NCBI GenBank assembly: GCA_965207075.1
Contig: CBDBLO010000002.1
Location: forward strand, 288,001-352,000
DNA from: Nitrosopumilus sp.
Lineage (GTDB): Archaea > Thermoproteota > Nitrososphaeria > Nitrososphaerales > Nitrosopumilaceae
DNA length: 64,000 nt
Direction: 5' to 3'
Shown in pieces: positions 30,661 through 40,354 of this stretch. The position numbers and the translations under genes were made by a program. The notes under the pieces were generated by a model, which had not been told where the DNA came from, did not search any database, and worked only from the letters and a program-made list of their open reading frames with translations. Numbering within the stretch: position 1 is the first letter of the stretch; the number at the start of each line of letters is the position of its first letter.

Positions 30661-31057
30661 TGGTAGATTAAAAGCAGTTCGTGGCGCATGCCGTATGTCC
30701 TGGCCGGTTCCGGACAGCATCTGGGCATTTCATAGCATTGAGCCTCTGGCGCGGAATCCTGATGGCGCGCCGGGTATTGCACCAGTAGGAGGAGGAGGAG
30801 AGGTCGTGGGAGGAAGAGGAAGAAAGAGCGTGCCGTGAGCCGCAGCCCCGCCGCCGTTGCCTCTGCGGGCCGCCTTTGCAGCACCCCTTTCTGCAGGGGC
30901 GCCCCGCCGCTTGTTGCATCTTCACATAATACATCTTTTTTTTGTATTTGCTACGTTTTATGCATAAATTTGTATTATACACATGATATCTTATGCGTAA
31001 TACGTACTTTACATCAAATTTTCAATATTTAATAGGTCTGCATCCGTAACAGATGCG

Positions 31058-32701
31058 TTGGCGGAGATAGACGGCTTTGGGGCCGCGATCATACTGTTCA
31101 TTATACTTACACTGGTAGTCGGCGTCCTGTCGGGCCGGCTCATAAAGCAGAGCGGCAAGCGGCTGATTGTCGCGGGCAAGAGCCTGCCGCTTGCCATGGT
31201 CGGGACGATGCTCGCCGCGCAGGCCGTGGACGGCAACTCGTCGCTTGGCAACGTGGCGCTGGTCTTTGAGTTCGGGTTCTGGGCCGGGGCCGTCGTGCCC
31301 ATAGGGCTGGGCGTGTGCCTGCTGATCACGGCCACGTTCTACGCGAAGCCCCTCAACAAGATGTCGATGATAACCCTGCCGGACTTTTACTACAGGAGGT
31401 ACGGCAACGCGGCAGAGGGCATATCAGGCGTACTCATGATAATCAGCTTTACCGTCCTAGTCGCGGGGAACCTGGCCGCAAGTGGGTTCATACTGGAGAT
31501 CGTGTTCGGGATTGACTTTTTCTGGGGGATTCTATTCTCGGCCCTGGTGGTGGTTGCGTATACCTGCGCAGGCGGACTGTTTGCGTCCGCGTACACCAAC
31601 CTGTTCCAGGTGTACCTTGCAATCGCCGCGTTCTGGGTCGGATTCCTGTACTTTGCGGGTGGGTTTGCAGACGCCCCGTGGGCTGTCATATACGCGAATG
31701 CGCCGCCCGAGTTCTTGGACCTGTCGGGGCTGTTTGACATCGGCAACGGGGCCCTGATAAACTGGGGCGCCATACTGGCGCTGGGACTGGGCGATATCAT
31801 CGCCCTGGACTTTATGGAGCGCGTGTTTGCCTCAAAGGATCCGAAGACTGCAAGGCGGGGCGCATACATGGGCGGGGCCCTCACCCTGTTTACCGTCGTG
31901 CCCACTAGCATGCTTGGGATCGTGGCGCTCTACTACCTGCCGGGTGACACGGATCCCGGGTTCGCGCTCCCGCTGCTCAGCACCTTGCACATGCCCTTTG
32001 CGGTGGGCGCGGCCATACTCATGGGGGTGATCGGCGCATCCATGTCCACTGCCAGCGGTGGATTGCTGGCCATATCAAGCGTCGTGTCGCGCAACCTCGT
32101 AAACAGGATAATACGCAGGAGGTGGCTTGGAAAGCCCGGCACAAGCGACCAGAGCCTGCTGTGGATGACGAGGGTCACGCTATTCCCCATGATTGTGGCG
32201 GGAACCACGCTGGGATACCTGGTGCCCAACCCCGGGGTCTACCTGGTGCTGGCCTTTGACATCATGTTCGCGGGGGCCTTTGCCCCGCTTACCTTGGGGC
32301 TGTTCTGGAAGAAGGCAAACATGCCTGCTGCTGTCGCGTCCCTCCTGATAGCGTCGTTCCTGCGGCTGTCGTTCTTCTTTACCATGCCCGAGGAGTGGGC
32401 GGGACTGGACACCATGATCCCGCCGGTCGTCTCGTTCGTGGTGTTCATCACCGTGGCCCTTGCGACCCAGAACCGGTATCCGGGAAAGGCCAGGCACGAC
32501 GTGCGCGACTACGTGCCGCCCGAGGAGGACGTGATTGCAGGCGAGGACCTAAGGCACTTTAGGGAAGACTTCATGAGCTCGGGACTCGAGGGCGTGCCGC
32601 AGGACTCCGGCGGCGACGGCGGGGAGGACTCCGGCGGCAAGGACGGTGGCGCAAAGGGGGTCGGCAACGTGCCCGGCGGCGTGCCGAGCAAGGGAGCCTG
32701 A
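31058..32701 (+). CDS. Sodium:solute symporter (SLC5/SSS, choline-transporter-like clade), substrate unknown
   Basis: VAGKSLP, TLPDFYYRRYG, GGLFASAYT, MERVFASKD and ASMSTASG; lacks the Dur3 signatures. Confidence 0.9.
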   Translation: MAEIDGFGAAIILFIILTLVVGVLSGRLIKQSGKRLIVAGKSLPLAMVGTMLAAQAVDGNSSLGNVALVFEFGFWAGAVVPIGLGVCLLITATFYAKPLNKMSMITLPDFYYRRYGNAAEGISGVLMIISFTVLVAGNLAASGFILEIVFGIDFFWGILFSALVVVAYTCAGGLFASAYTNLFQVYLAIAAFWVGFLYFAGGFADAPWAVIYANAPPEFLDLSGLFDIGNGALINWGAILALGLGDIIALDFMERVFASKDPKTARRGAYMGGALTLFTVVPTSMLGIVALYYLPGDTDPGFALPLLSTLHMPFAVGAAILMGVIGASMSTASGGLLAISSVVSRNLVNRIIRRRWLGKPGTSDQSLLWMTRVTLFPMIVAGTTLGYLVPNPGVYLVLAFDIMFAGAFAPLTLGLFWKKANMPAAVASLLIASFLRLSFFFTMPEEWAGLDTMIPPVVSFVVFITVALATQNRYPGKARHDVRDYVPPEEDVIAGEDLRHFREDFMSSGLEGVPQDSGGDGGEDSGGKDGGAKGVGNVPGGVPSKGA

Positions 32702-32740
32702 AGTTTTTAACCCGTCCGCACCGACGCCGTAATACCGCTA

Positions 32741-34585
32741 ATGAAGTACCCCGACATATTCAACCCCGACCTGTCGCGCATCGGCGTGCAGGAGTCGCAG
32801 ATGTACAACCTGGTTGCCGGCGAGCTCGTAACCCAGACGGTAAGGACGGCGCTCGGGCCGCGCGGCATGATGAAGGTGTACGTCGACATCCTCGGCGAGG
32901 ATACCCTGACCGTGCACGGGGGCGCGTTTCTGCGCAAGATTGACGTGGACCACCCGGCCGCCAAGGCCGTCATCGACGCGGTAAACGCGGTGGACAACCA
33001 CGTGGGCGACGGAACCACGACCGCGGCGGTGCTGATCGGGGCCCTGCTCAGGAATGCCAAGGAGATGCGCGCCCTGCGCATCCCGACTGCCAGTATCGTT
33101 GCGGGATACGAGGCGGGGCTGGAGGCCGCGCTGGCGGAGCTGGAGCGCATAAAGTTCGAGGGCAGGGCCTCGGACCGCCGCACCATGCGTGATCTGGCGC
33201 GCTGCTGCATCAGGGGCAAGGCGCTCGGGGAGCTCTGTGAGGGGAGCCGCGTCCGGGATGGCCGGGAGGGTGGCGCCGGAAACGGCACGGGCAATGGCGC
33301 CGGAAGTGGCGACATCGTCGACATGCTGGTACGCGCCGCATACTGCACGTCTGACGTGTCCTCCGGACGCGCCCTTACTGATGATGTCAAGATAGAGGAA
33401 AAGCCCGGCAGCGCGGCGCAGACCGAACTGGTAATGGGGACCGTGATCGACAAGCCCGTGGACAGCGCCGCCATGCCCCGCGCTATACGCGACGCCCGGA
33501 TACTGCTTGTAAGCGAGCCGCTTGAGCGCAGCCGCACCAAGACAGAGTCGGAGATTTCGATGGACTCTCCCGGACAGATGAAGGAGTTCCTGCGGCAGGA
33601 GTCCGAAGACGTGCGCGGCGCGGTGAGCGGGGTGATCGGCAGCGGCGCCAACGTGGTCATATCCCGCAAGGGGATTGACGACGAGGCCCAGGAGCTGCTT
33701 GCAAGGGGCGGCATAATCTCCGTGAGGCGGGTCAAGCACAACGACATATGGTGGCTTGAAAAGGCGACGGGCGCCGTCACATGCACGGACATACGCGACA
33801 TGTCAGGCGCGAGGATGGGGCATGCGGACCTGGTATGCGAGAGGAGCGTGGGCGGGGACAGGATGCTCTTCGTCGAGTCCGGGCGTGACGACGCAAAGTC
33901 CGTGACGCTCCTCCTGCGGGCCAACTCAAAGAGGTACCTGGACGAGTTTCACCGCACCGCGCTCAACGTGCTGCACGTGCTGAGGGATTTCATCGAATGC
34001 CCGTACCTGGTGTACGGGGCGGGCTCGTGCGAGGCCATTCTCGCGCGGCGGGTCAGGGACGAGTCGGGCGTGATGGCAGGGAAGGCGCAGGTCGCGGCCG
34101 CAAGGTTTGCAGACGCGCTCGAGTCGGTTACGATGGCCCTTGCCGAGAACGTCGGGATTGAGCCGCTGGACGCGCTGCCGCTCCTGCGCTCAAAGGTGCA
34201 CGGCGACCGCCGGGGATCGCGTGCTGCAGCAACCCGTAGCTGTGGTAACGCTGGAGGGGCCGGTGACGGGGACAACGGCGCTACCGCCTCCAACCCGCCC
34301 TCGGGCTGGTACGGCGTCGACCACGCCTCCAGAAGCATATGCGACGTCTCCCTCCTGCCCTACAGCGTCATAGAGCCGTATGCCGTAAAGGCCCAGGTCC
34401 TCAAGAGTTCCGTCGAGGCCGCATGCGCCGTCCTGAACGTGGATGACGTCTTTGTCAAGGACTTGATCGACAACACGCACTGCCATATAGACGGCACCGT
34501 GCACGCCCACAAGGATCCTGGCAGGAACCACAACCACTGGGAGCAGGAGGGCCTGGAGCAGCGCCAGATGCATCACTACTATTAG
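32741..34585 (+). CDS. Divergent group II chaperonin (thermosome-like) with a His-rich C-terminal tail
   Basis: LGPRGMMK, HPAAK, VGDGTTT, LEKATGA and VIEPYAVKAQVL. Tail reads THCHIDGTVHAHKDPGRNHNHWEQEGLEQRQMHHYY. Confidence 0.93.
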   Translation: MKYPDIFNPDLSRIGVQESQMYNLVAGELVTQTVRTALGPRGMMKVYVDILGEDTLTVHGGAFLRKIDVDHPAAKAVIDAVNAVDNHVGDGTTTAAVLIGALLRNAKEMRALRIPTASIVAGYEAGLEAALAELERIKFEGRASDRRTMRDLARCCIRGKALGELCEGSRVRDGREGGAGNGTGNGAGSGDIVDMLVRAAYCTSDVSSGRALTDDVKIEEKPGSAAQTELVMGTVIDKPVDSAAMPRAIRDARILLVSEPLERSRTKTESEISMDSPGQMKEFLRQESEDVRGAVSGVIGSGANVVISRKGIDDEAQELLARGGIISVRRVKHNDIWWLEKATGAVTCTDIRDMSGARMGHADLVCERSVGGDRMLFVESGRDDAKSVTLLLRANSKRYLDEFHRTALNVLHVLRDFIECPYLVYGAGSCEAILARRVRDESGVMAGKAQVAAARFADALESVTMALAENVGIEPLDALPLLRSKVHGDRRGSRAAATRSCGNAGGAGDGDNGATASNPPSGWYGVDHASRSICDVSLLPYSVIEPYAVKAQVLKSSVEAACAVLNVDDVFVKDLIDNTHCHIDGTVHAHKDPGRNHNHWEQEGLEQRQMHHYY

Positions 34586-34683
34586 GCCCTGACTGCCCGC
34601 ATTCCTGCCCCGTGTCATGGAGTGGGGGGGGGGGGAGGAGAAGGATTGAACGGTTACCGCGCCGCTATCGTCACCGCTATGGG

Positions 34684-36693
34684 CTACTTTGCTTCCCGCA
34701 GCGCGTCTGCAATGCCGCTTACGATCAGTTCGTTGACCCTCTGTCCGGGGGCCCTGCCCCTGAGCCGCTTCATGGCGATTCCCATGAGGGGCCCCGCCGC
34801 CCGCTCGCCCTGGTTTGAGATCATCTCCATGTTGTCTTGTATTATCCCGCTTACTATCTCCTCAAGCTCGTCTGCGCCGACGCTCTGTATGGACGCCGAC
34901 TTTATGGCGTCTGAGACGGTTCCGGCCTTGGCCGACATTATGGCCTGGAATATCATCTCGACTGACTCCTTGGCAATCTCGTTTTCCCCGAGCATCTCAA
35001 ACGTCTCGCGTATCATCTGATCGTCAAGCCGTCCGACGTCCATGCCCTCCTGCCTGCCCAGCCTCGTTATCGACGAGCAGAGAGCGGATGCCACAAACGT
35101 GGGTTCCACCGCCGCAGTCGCCGCCCGGGAGCCCCGCCCGGACGCAATCTCCTCGAACAGTTCTAGGTATGGCGAGTCCCAGAGCTGCTCTGCAAGCTGC
35201 CTGTTGATGCCGTATGCGTCCTGCAGGTCCGACACCGCCTCGCTCCACGGTTTTGGCACGTCGGCCGCGGCGCGGTCCAGCTCCTCCTGCGTTATGGTAA
35301 TCGTGGGGACGTCAGTCTCCGGGTACATGCGCGCAGAGCCGGGCCGGGGCCTCAGAAACGCGGTCCTGCCGTCGGCCGTGGCAAGCCTGGTGTCGGCCGG
35401 GACGCCGTCCGTTGCAATGCGCCGCACCCTTGAGATTATCTGGTCTATGATGGGGCCCGTCCTGCCGGCCGGGGCCGCCAGCATGATGAACGCGTCCGTG
35501 TCTAGGCTTGCCTGCAGCAGTCCTGCCACCCCGGCCACGTCCCGCTCCGTTATTCCGTACGCCGGAAGCTCGTCGGAGTGGAATATGCCGCCCACCCCGA
35601 ACCGCCTGACGAGCTCCGCTATCTCCTTGCCGAGCCTGACGTCCTCGTGCGGGGAGTATCCGAATATTCCGGCCGCGTTCCTGAACGCGACTGCCATGAT
35701 TGTATGGTTCTGCTTTACGGCCCTCTGGATTATCTTCGATGACGCGGACTGCCTGAATACGCCGGTTACGTCCGCCCTGTCCCGCGACGCGTCGTGTTCC
35801 CACCGGCACTCCCGCAGCCTTGCTGATATGGCAGTCAGCCCGTGCTGCCTGTACGCCTCGTACGACACCACGTCTGCAAGCTGGTCGAGCTGCTGCACCC
35901 CCTTGACCTCCACCACGCTGCCCCCGCCGTCCCTTATGCTCACGTTGACGTCCTGCCTGATGGAGCCCAGGCCGCGCGTCACCATCCTGGTGCCCCGCAG
36001 CATCCTCCCAAGCGACAGGGCCGCGGCCCTCACCGCGTCCGGATCAGACACGGCAAACGGTTCCGTTGCGATCTCGACTAGCGGAACCCCGAGCCTCTCT
36101 AAGCCGTACCCCTTGGCATCCACGCCCGCATGGGCTCCCGCCTCCAGTATCCGTGCGGCGTCCTCCTCCAGGCATATGGACTGGACTCCGATTCTTGCGA
36201 TGCCCGGCGCCCCGCCTTCCAGTCCCTGCTGCGGCGGCGGCAGCGGCACGTCAAACGACCCCCCCTCCGACACCAGCATGGTCCGCTGGAAGCCTGTCGT
36301 GTTTGAGCCGTCCACCACGGTCTTCCTCATGGTGTGGAGCTCTGTGTACGTCCTGGACTTGAGCGCGGACGCGATTGTCAGAGCCGTCCTCTTGGCGTCG
36401 GGATCCAGCCGGTGCGGCGGCTCCTCGTCCTGCTCGACCAGGCAGCTGCTGTTGTAGTTTGCATAGTACGTGATGGTCTTGGCCCTTGCCCCCTCGAAGA
36501 GCGCCGCCGGGTCGTGCCCCCCGACCTCGCCGCTTGATGATCTAAGCCTGCGGCTGAACGTTATGGGGTACGCGTCAGGCTCGGCCGGCGGGCAGCCGCA
36601 GAACAGCTTTTTGCCGGTCGCAAGCTGCTGGTGTATCTCCAGCCCCACCATGACGCCCAGGTCCCCGAGGCTTGGAGTCCCCCGCGCGCTCAC
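34684..36693 (-). CDS. gatE: Glu-tRNA(Gln) amidotransferase subunit E
   Basis: GLEIHQQL, MRKTVVDGSNTTGFQRT, IRQDVNVSI and RPRPGSARMYPETD. Confidence 0.97.
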   Translation of the reverse strand: MSARGTPSLGDLGVMVGLEIHQQLATGKKLFCGCPPAEPDAYPITFSRRLRSSSGEVGGHDPAALFEGARAKTITYYANYNSSCLVEQDEEPPHRLDPDAKRTALTIASALKSRTYTELHTMRKTVVDGSNTTGFQRTMLVSEGGSFDVPLPPPQQGLEGGAPGIARIGVQSICLEEDAARILEAGAHAGVDAKGYGLERLGVPLVEIATEPFAVSDPDAVRAAALSLGRMLRGTRMVTRGLGSIRQDVNVSIRDGGGSVVEVKGVQQLDQLADVVSYEAYRQHGLTAISARLRECRWEHDASRDRADVTGVFRQSASSKIIQRAVKQNHTIMAVAFRNAAGIFGYSPHEDVRLGKEIAELVRRFGVGGIFHSDELPAYGITERDVAGVAGLLQASLDTDAFIMLAAPAGRTGPIIDQIISRVRRIATDGVPADTRLATADGRTAFLRPRPGSARMYPETDVPTITITQEELDRAAADVPKPWSEAVSDLQDAYGINRQLAEQLWDSPYLELFEEIASGRGSRAATAAVEPTFVASALCSSITRLGRQEGMDVGRLDDQMIRETFEMLGENEIAKESVEMIFQAIMSAKAGTVSDAIKSASIQSVGADELEEIVSGIIQDNMEMISNQGERAAGPLMGIAMKRLRGRAPGQRVNELIVSGIADALREAK

Positions 36694-38135
36694 CGTGAGG
36701 TCATCTCCGACGCGACGTTCTCAAGCATTATCCTTCTGATTCCCTCCGAGTCCTCCGCCAGCGAGGCGGCCCACATGGCCTTTACCAGGGCGACCTCCGG
36801 TATCATGTCCCCAAGCGGCACCACTCCCATCTCCATCAGATCGCGCCCGCTCTCGTATACTGTCATTGCCGTCCTGCCGTCTATGCACTGCGACGTCATG
36901 CCCATGAACACGCCGCGCTCGCCGGCCCTTGCAACCTGCCCGTACACGGCCCTTCCCACGTGCCCCAGGCCGGTCCCCTCGAATATTATGGCCCTGCATC
37001 CGGAGTCGATTATGTGCCCCAGGTGGGCCGGGTCGTACCCGGGGTGATACTTTACGAGCGCAACCCTCTGGTCGAGCGATATCTTGGGACTGTATTCGGG
37101 GCCAGGACGCGGCCGGCCTGCGCCATCCAAACTGTCTGGGGATATGCCACCGTCGGCAGATACGACAAACGCCGGCCTGCCGCCTATGGTCTCAAAGGCG
37201 TCCCTCCTGCTTGTGTGGTTCTTTCTGACTCTGGTGCCCATGTGGCACGCTATCTCGCCGTCCCCGGAGCCGCCGTGCATTGCGACGTAGACGCCGCCGC
37301 CGTTATGTGAAGCGATGAACCTTGCGGCCCCGATCAGGTTGGTCGCGGCGTCCGACGACGCCCTGTCCGGTGACCTCTGCGCGCCCACCAGAACGACGGG
37401 AATCGGGAGCCCCGCAAGCGCAAACGACAGGAACGCGGACGTGTAGTGCATCGTGTCGGTTCCGTGCGCCACTATGATGCCCGCGTACGGCCTGACGCCT
37501 CCTGCTGATGTGGCGGCGGCGGTACCGGACTTGTTGCCGTCACCCCCCACCGCGGTATCTCCGGCGCCGAGGCCCGCGGCGCGCTCGTCTATACACCGCG
37601 CAAGCGTCAGCCAGTGCTCCGGCATTATGTTCTCAGAATACTCGGATATCACCACCTCCGAGTCTATCTCGGCTATGTCGGCCAGCTCCGGTATGGAGTC
37701 GAGCAGGTCCGAGGCCGACAGCACGGGGGTCACGGCCCCGGTCCTGTAGTCTATCCTGCTCGCTATCGTGCCGCCGGTCGAGAGCAGCAGTATTCTCTTC
37801 TCTCCTGCGCGGTTTCGTGCCGCCGGTCCGGGGGGCTCCGCGGCCGTGCCGCCGCCATTGACACTGCTGTCGCCGCCCCTCCTCCCTATGTCCGTGACGG
37901 CACTGCGCCTGTCCACTGAAATCTCCATTATCCGGTCAACGTTGATGCCCGCATTGTACCCGCTGCTCAGCTTTGCCACGACGTGCGAGTCGTCGTCGTG
38001 CTCGTATCTGGGCATTAGGAGCCCCGCGCGCTTGGTGCCGTCCTTGTAGGTTATGACAACGGAGTCTCCGACCGCGGCGCCCGCGTCGTTCAGCGCCCGC
38101 AGCGCAGCGCCGCGGTATCCGCCCGTATCGTTCAT
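36690..38135 (-). CDS. gatD: Glu-tRNA(Gln) amidotransferase subunit D
   Basis: KLSSGYNAG, TGGTIAS, HGTDTMHY and GAQRSPDR; overlaps the gatE start. Confidence 0.97.
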   Translation of the reverse strand: MNDTGGYRGAALRALNDAGAAVGDSVVITYKDGTKRAGLLMPRYEHDDDSHVVAKLSSGYNAGINVDRIMEISVDRRSAVTDIGRRGGDSSVNGGGTAAEPPGPAARNRAGEKRILLLSTGGTIASRIDYRTGAVTPVLSASDLLDSIPELADIAEIDSEVVISEYSENIMPEHWLTLARCIDERAAGLGAGDTAVGGDGNKSGTAAATSAGGVRPYAGIIVAHGTDTMHYTSAFLSFALAGLPIPVVLVGAQRSPDRASSDAATNLIGAARFIASHNGGGVYVAMHGGSGDGEIACHMGTRVRKNHTSRRDAFETIGGRPAFVVSADGGISPDSLDGAGRPRPGPEYSPKISLDQRVALVKYHPGYDPAHLGHIIDSGCRAIIFEGTGLGHVGRAVYGQVARAGERGVFMGMTSQCIDGRTAMTVYESGRDLMEMGVVPLGDMIPEVALVKAMWAASLAEDSEGIRRIMLENVASEMTSR

Positions 38136-38167
38136 GGCAGACAAACTGCCCCTGCCATCTTAATTAA

Positions 38168-40354
38168 TTATCTGTAGTAAGAGACGGCCAGCTTCTCGCC
38201 TATCTTCAGGTCCTTCTGCTCCCTGACCTTCTTGACGGCCTCCTCAAAGTGCCGCATCGTAACCCTGGCCTCGGTGCTCTTCTTCTCCACGTCCTTTACG
38301 TCGGGGTAGGCGTCGAGGAACTCGTGTATCACGAGCGAGACTGCCGTGTTTGCGATGGACGCGGTGTCGGCGCCGCTCATGCCGTCTGTCATCTCGGCAA
38401 TCTTGTCAAAGTTGACGTGCTGCGGGTCGTCGGGACTGTCGACGGTCGGGATCTTCTTGGCGTTTATGCGCAGTATGCTCTTGCGGCTCTCCTTGTCGGG
38501 CAGCGGAATCTGTATTATCTTGTCAAACCTTCCTGGCCTCAGCAGGGCGGGGTCTATCATGTCGGCCCTGTTGGTGGCGGCCAGAACCACCACCCCGTGC
38601 ATGTTCTCCATGCCGTCCAGCTCGGTGAGCAGCTGGGAGACGACGCGCTCCGTCACGGCCGTCTCGCCCCCGGCACCCCTGACCGGCGCGATGGAGTCTA
38701 TCTCGTCGAAGAACACCACGCACGGCGCCGACTGGCGCGCGCGCTTGAATATCTCGCGTATGCCGCGCTCGGACTCGCCGACCCACTTTGAGAGCAGCTC
38801 GGGCCCCCTGACCGACACAAAGTTGGCCTCGCTCTGGGTGGCGACGGCCTTTGCAAGCAGCGTCTTTCCGGTCCCGCTGGGCCCGTGCAACAGTATGCCG
38901 CGGGGCATATTGTGCCCAAGCTTGTCGTACAGCCCAGGATACTTCATGGGCCACTCGACTGCCTCCTGCAGGTCCCTCTTTACGTCCTCCAGCCCGCCTA
39001 CCTCTTCCCACTTTACGTCGGGGTTCTCTATGAAGACCTCGCGCATGCCGGACGGCGTGACCTCTATGAGGGCCTTTGTAAAGTCCTCGTGGTTCACCAC
39101 CAGCTTGTCGAGCGTCTCGGGCGGGATCTTCTCCTCCTCCAGGTTCAGTATGGGCAGCAGCCTCCTGAGGCACTTCATTGCGGCCTCCTTGCACAGGTAC
39201 TCGAGGTCCGCGCCGACGTACCCGTGGCTTACCGAGGATATCTTGTCCGTGTTGACGTCGTCGTCAAGCGGCATGTTGCGGCTGTGTATCGCAAGTATGT
39301 CCTTGCGGCCCCTCTTGTCCGGCACCTTGATCTCGATCTCGCGGTCGAACCTGCCGGGCCTCCTCAGGGCCGGGTCTATCGCGTTGGGGCGGTTGGTGGC
39401 GGATATCACTATGACCTTGCCCCGTGCCTCGAGGCCGTCCATGAGGGAGAGCATCTGCGAGACGACCCTGCGCTCCACCTCCCCCGTGACCTCCTCGCGC
39501 TTTGGGGCGATCGAGTCTATCTCGTCTACGAATATTATCGACGGGGCCTTCTCCCTTGCCTCCTTGAATATCTCCCTGAGGCGGGCCTCGCTCTCGCCGT
39601 AGAACTTGCTCATTATCTCGGGCCCCGATATGCTAATGAAGTGTGCGTTGCTCTCGTTTGCGACGGCCTTTGCAAGCAGCGTCTTTCCGGTGCCCGGCGG
39701 GCCGTACAGCAGGACGCCCTTTGGCGCCTCTATGCCGAGCTTTTCGAATATCTCGGGGTGCCTGAGCGGAAGCTCTATCATCTCCCTGACCTTTTTGATC
39801 TCGTCTGTCAGGCCGCCGATGTCCTCGTATGTGACCTGGGGCACGCCGCGGAGGGTCTCGCCCTTTTCTGCTATGGTAAATGTGGTCTTCTGCGTGATCA
39901 GCACCGCGTCGGATCCCGGCGTAACCGATATGACCTGGAACGTCAGCCTGCCGCCAAAGTACGGGACCATCACGTTGTCGCCCTTTATCAGCGGGACGCT
40001 CTCGAGCGCGTCGGCCAGGTACCTCTCGTCGATGGGCGGTATCGACTCCAGCGGGGCCACCACCACCCTCTCGGCCGCGACGGCCTTTATCTTCTTGACC
40101 ATGATGGTGTCGCCTATCGCGATGCCGGAGTTGTTGCGGCCCAGGCCGTCGATCCTTATGATCCCCTTGCCCTCGTCTGACGGGTAGAGCGGAAGGCACT
40201 TTGCGACCGTGCGGCGCTTTCCCTTTATCTCGATTACGTCACCGGTCGAGGCGCCAAGCGTGTCCATCGAGTCGTAGTCTATCCTTGCGACGCCCCTTCC
40301 CACGTCCCTGGTGTACGCCTCCAAAACCTTCAGGGACAGTCCGCTCTGGCTCAT
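38168..40354 (-). CDS. cdc48: CDC48/p97/VAT family AAA ATPase
   Basis: N-domain plus two AAA modules ([27 protein letters not shown]) and C-terminal YYR. Confidence 0.98.
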   Translation of the reverse strand: MSQSGLSLKVLEAYTRDVGRGVARIDYDSMDTLGASTGDVIEIKGKRRTVAKCLPLYPSDEGKGIIRIDGLGRNNSGIAIGDTIMVKKIKAVAAERVVVAPLESIPPIDERYLADALESVPLIKGDNVMVPYFGGRLTFQVISVTPGSDAVLITQKTTFTIAEKGETLRGVPQVTYEDIGGLTDEIKKVREMIELPLRHPEIFEKLGIEAPKGVLLYGPPGTGKTLLAKAVANESNAHFISISGPEIMSKFYGESEARLREIFKEAREKAPSIIFVDEIDSIAPKREEVTGEVERRVVSQMLSLMDGLEARGKVIVISATNRPNAIDPALRRPGRFDREIEIKVPDKRGRKDILAIHSRNMPLDDDVNTDKISSVSHGYVGADLEYLCKEAAMKCLRRLLPILNLEEEKIPPETLDKLVVNHEDFTKALIEVTPSGMREVFIENPDVKWEEVGGLEDVKRDLQEAVEWPMKYPGLYDKLGHNMPRGILLHGPSGTGKTLLAKAVATQSEANFVSVRGPELLSKWVGESERGIREIFKRARQSAPCVVFFDEIDSIAPVRGAGGETAVTERVVSQLLTELDGMENMHGVVVLAATNRADMIDPALLRPGRFDKIIQIPLPDKESRKSILRINAKKIPTVDSPDDPQHVNFDKIAEMTDGMSGADTASIANTAVSLVIHEFLDAYPDVKDVEKKSTEARVTMRHFEEAVKKVREQKDLKIGEKLAVSYYR

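Noticed and set aside
34624-34635. G12 homopolymer as a possible phase-variation tract
   Set aside because: It lies between two convergent stop codons, outside any coding region or promoter.
20985-40180. Long antisense or alternative-frame ORFs (e.g. 20985..22166, 32707..33924, 35042..36457, 38346..39602, 38885..40180)
   Set aside because: Shadow ORFs of well-supported genes, caused by high GC3. They carry no motifs and have biased composition.
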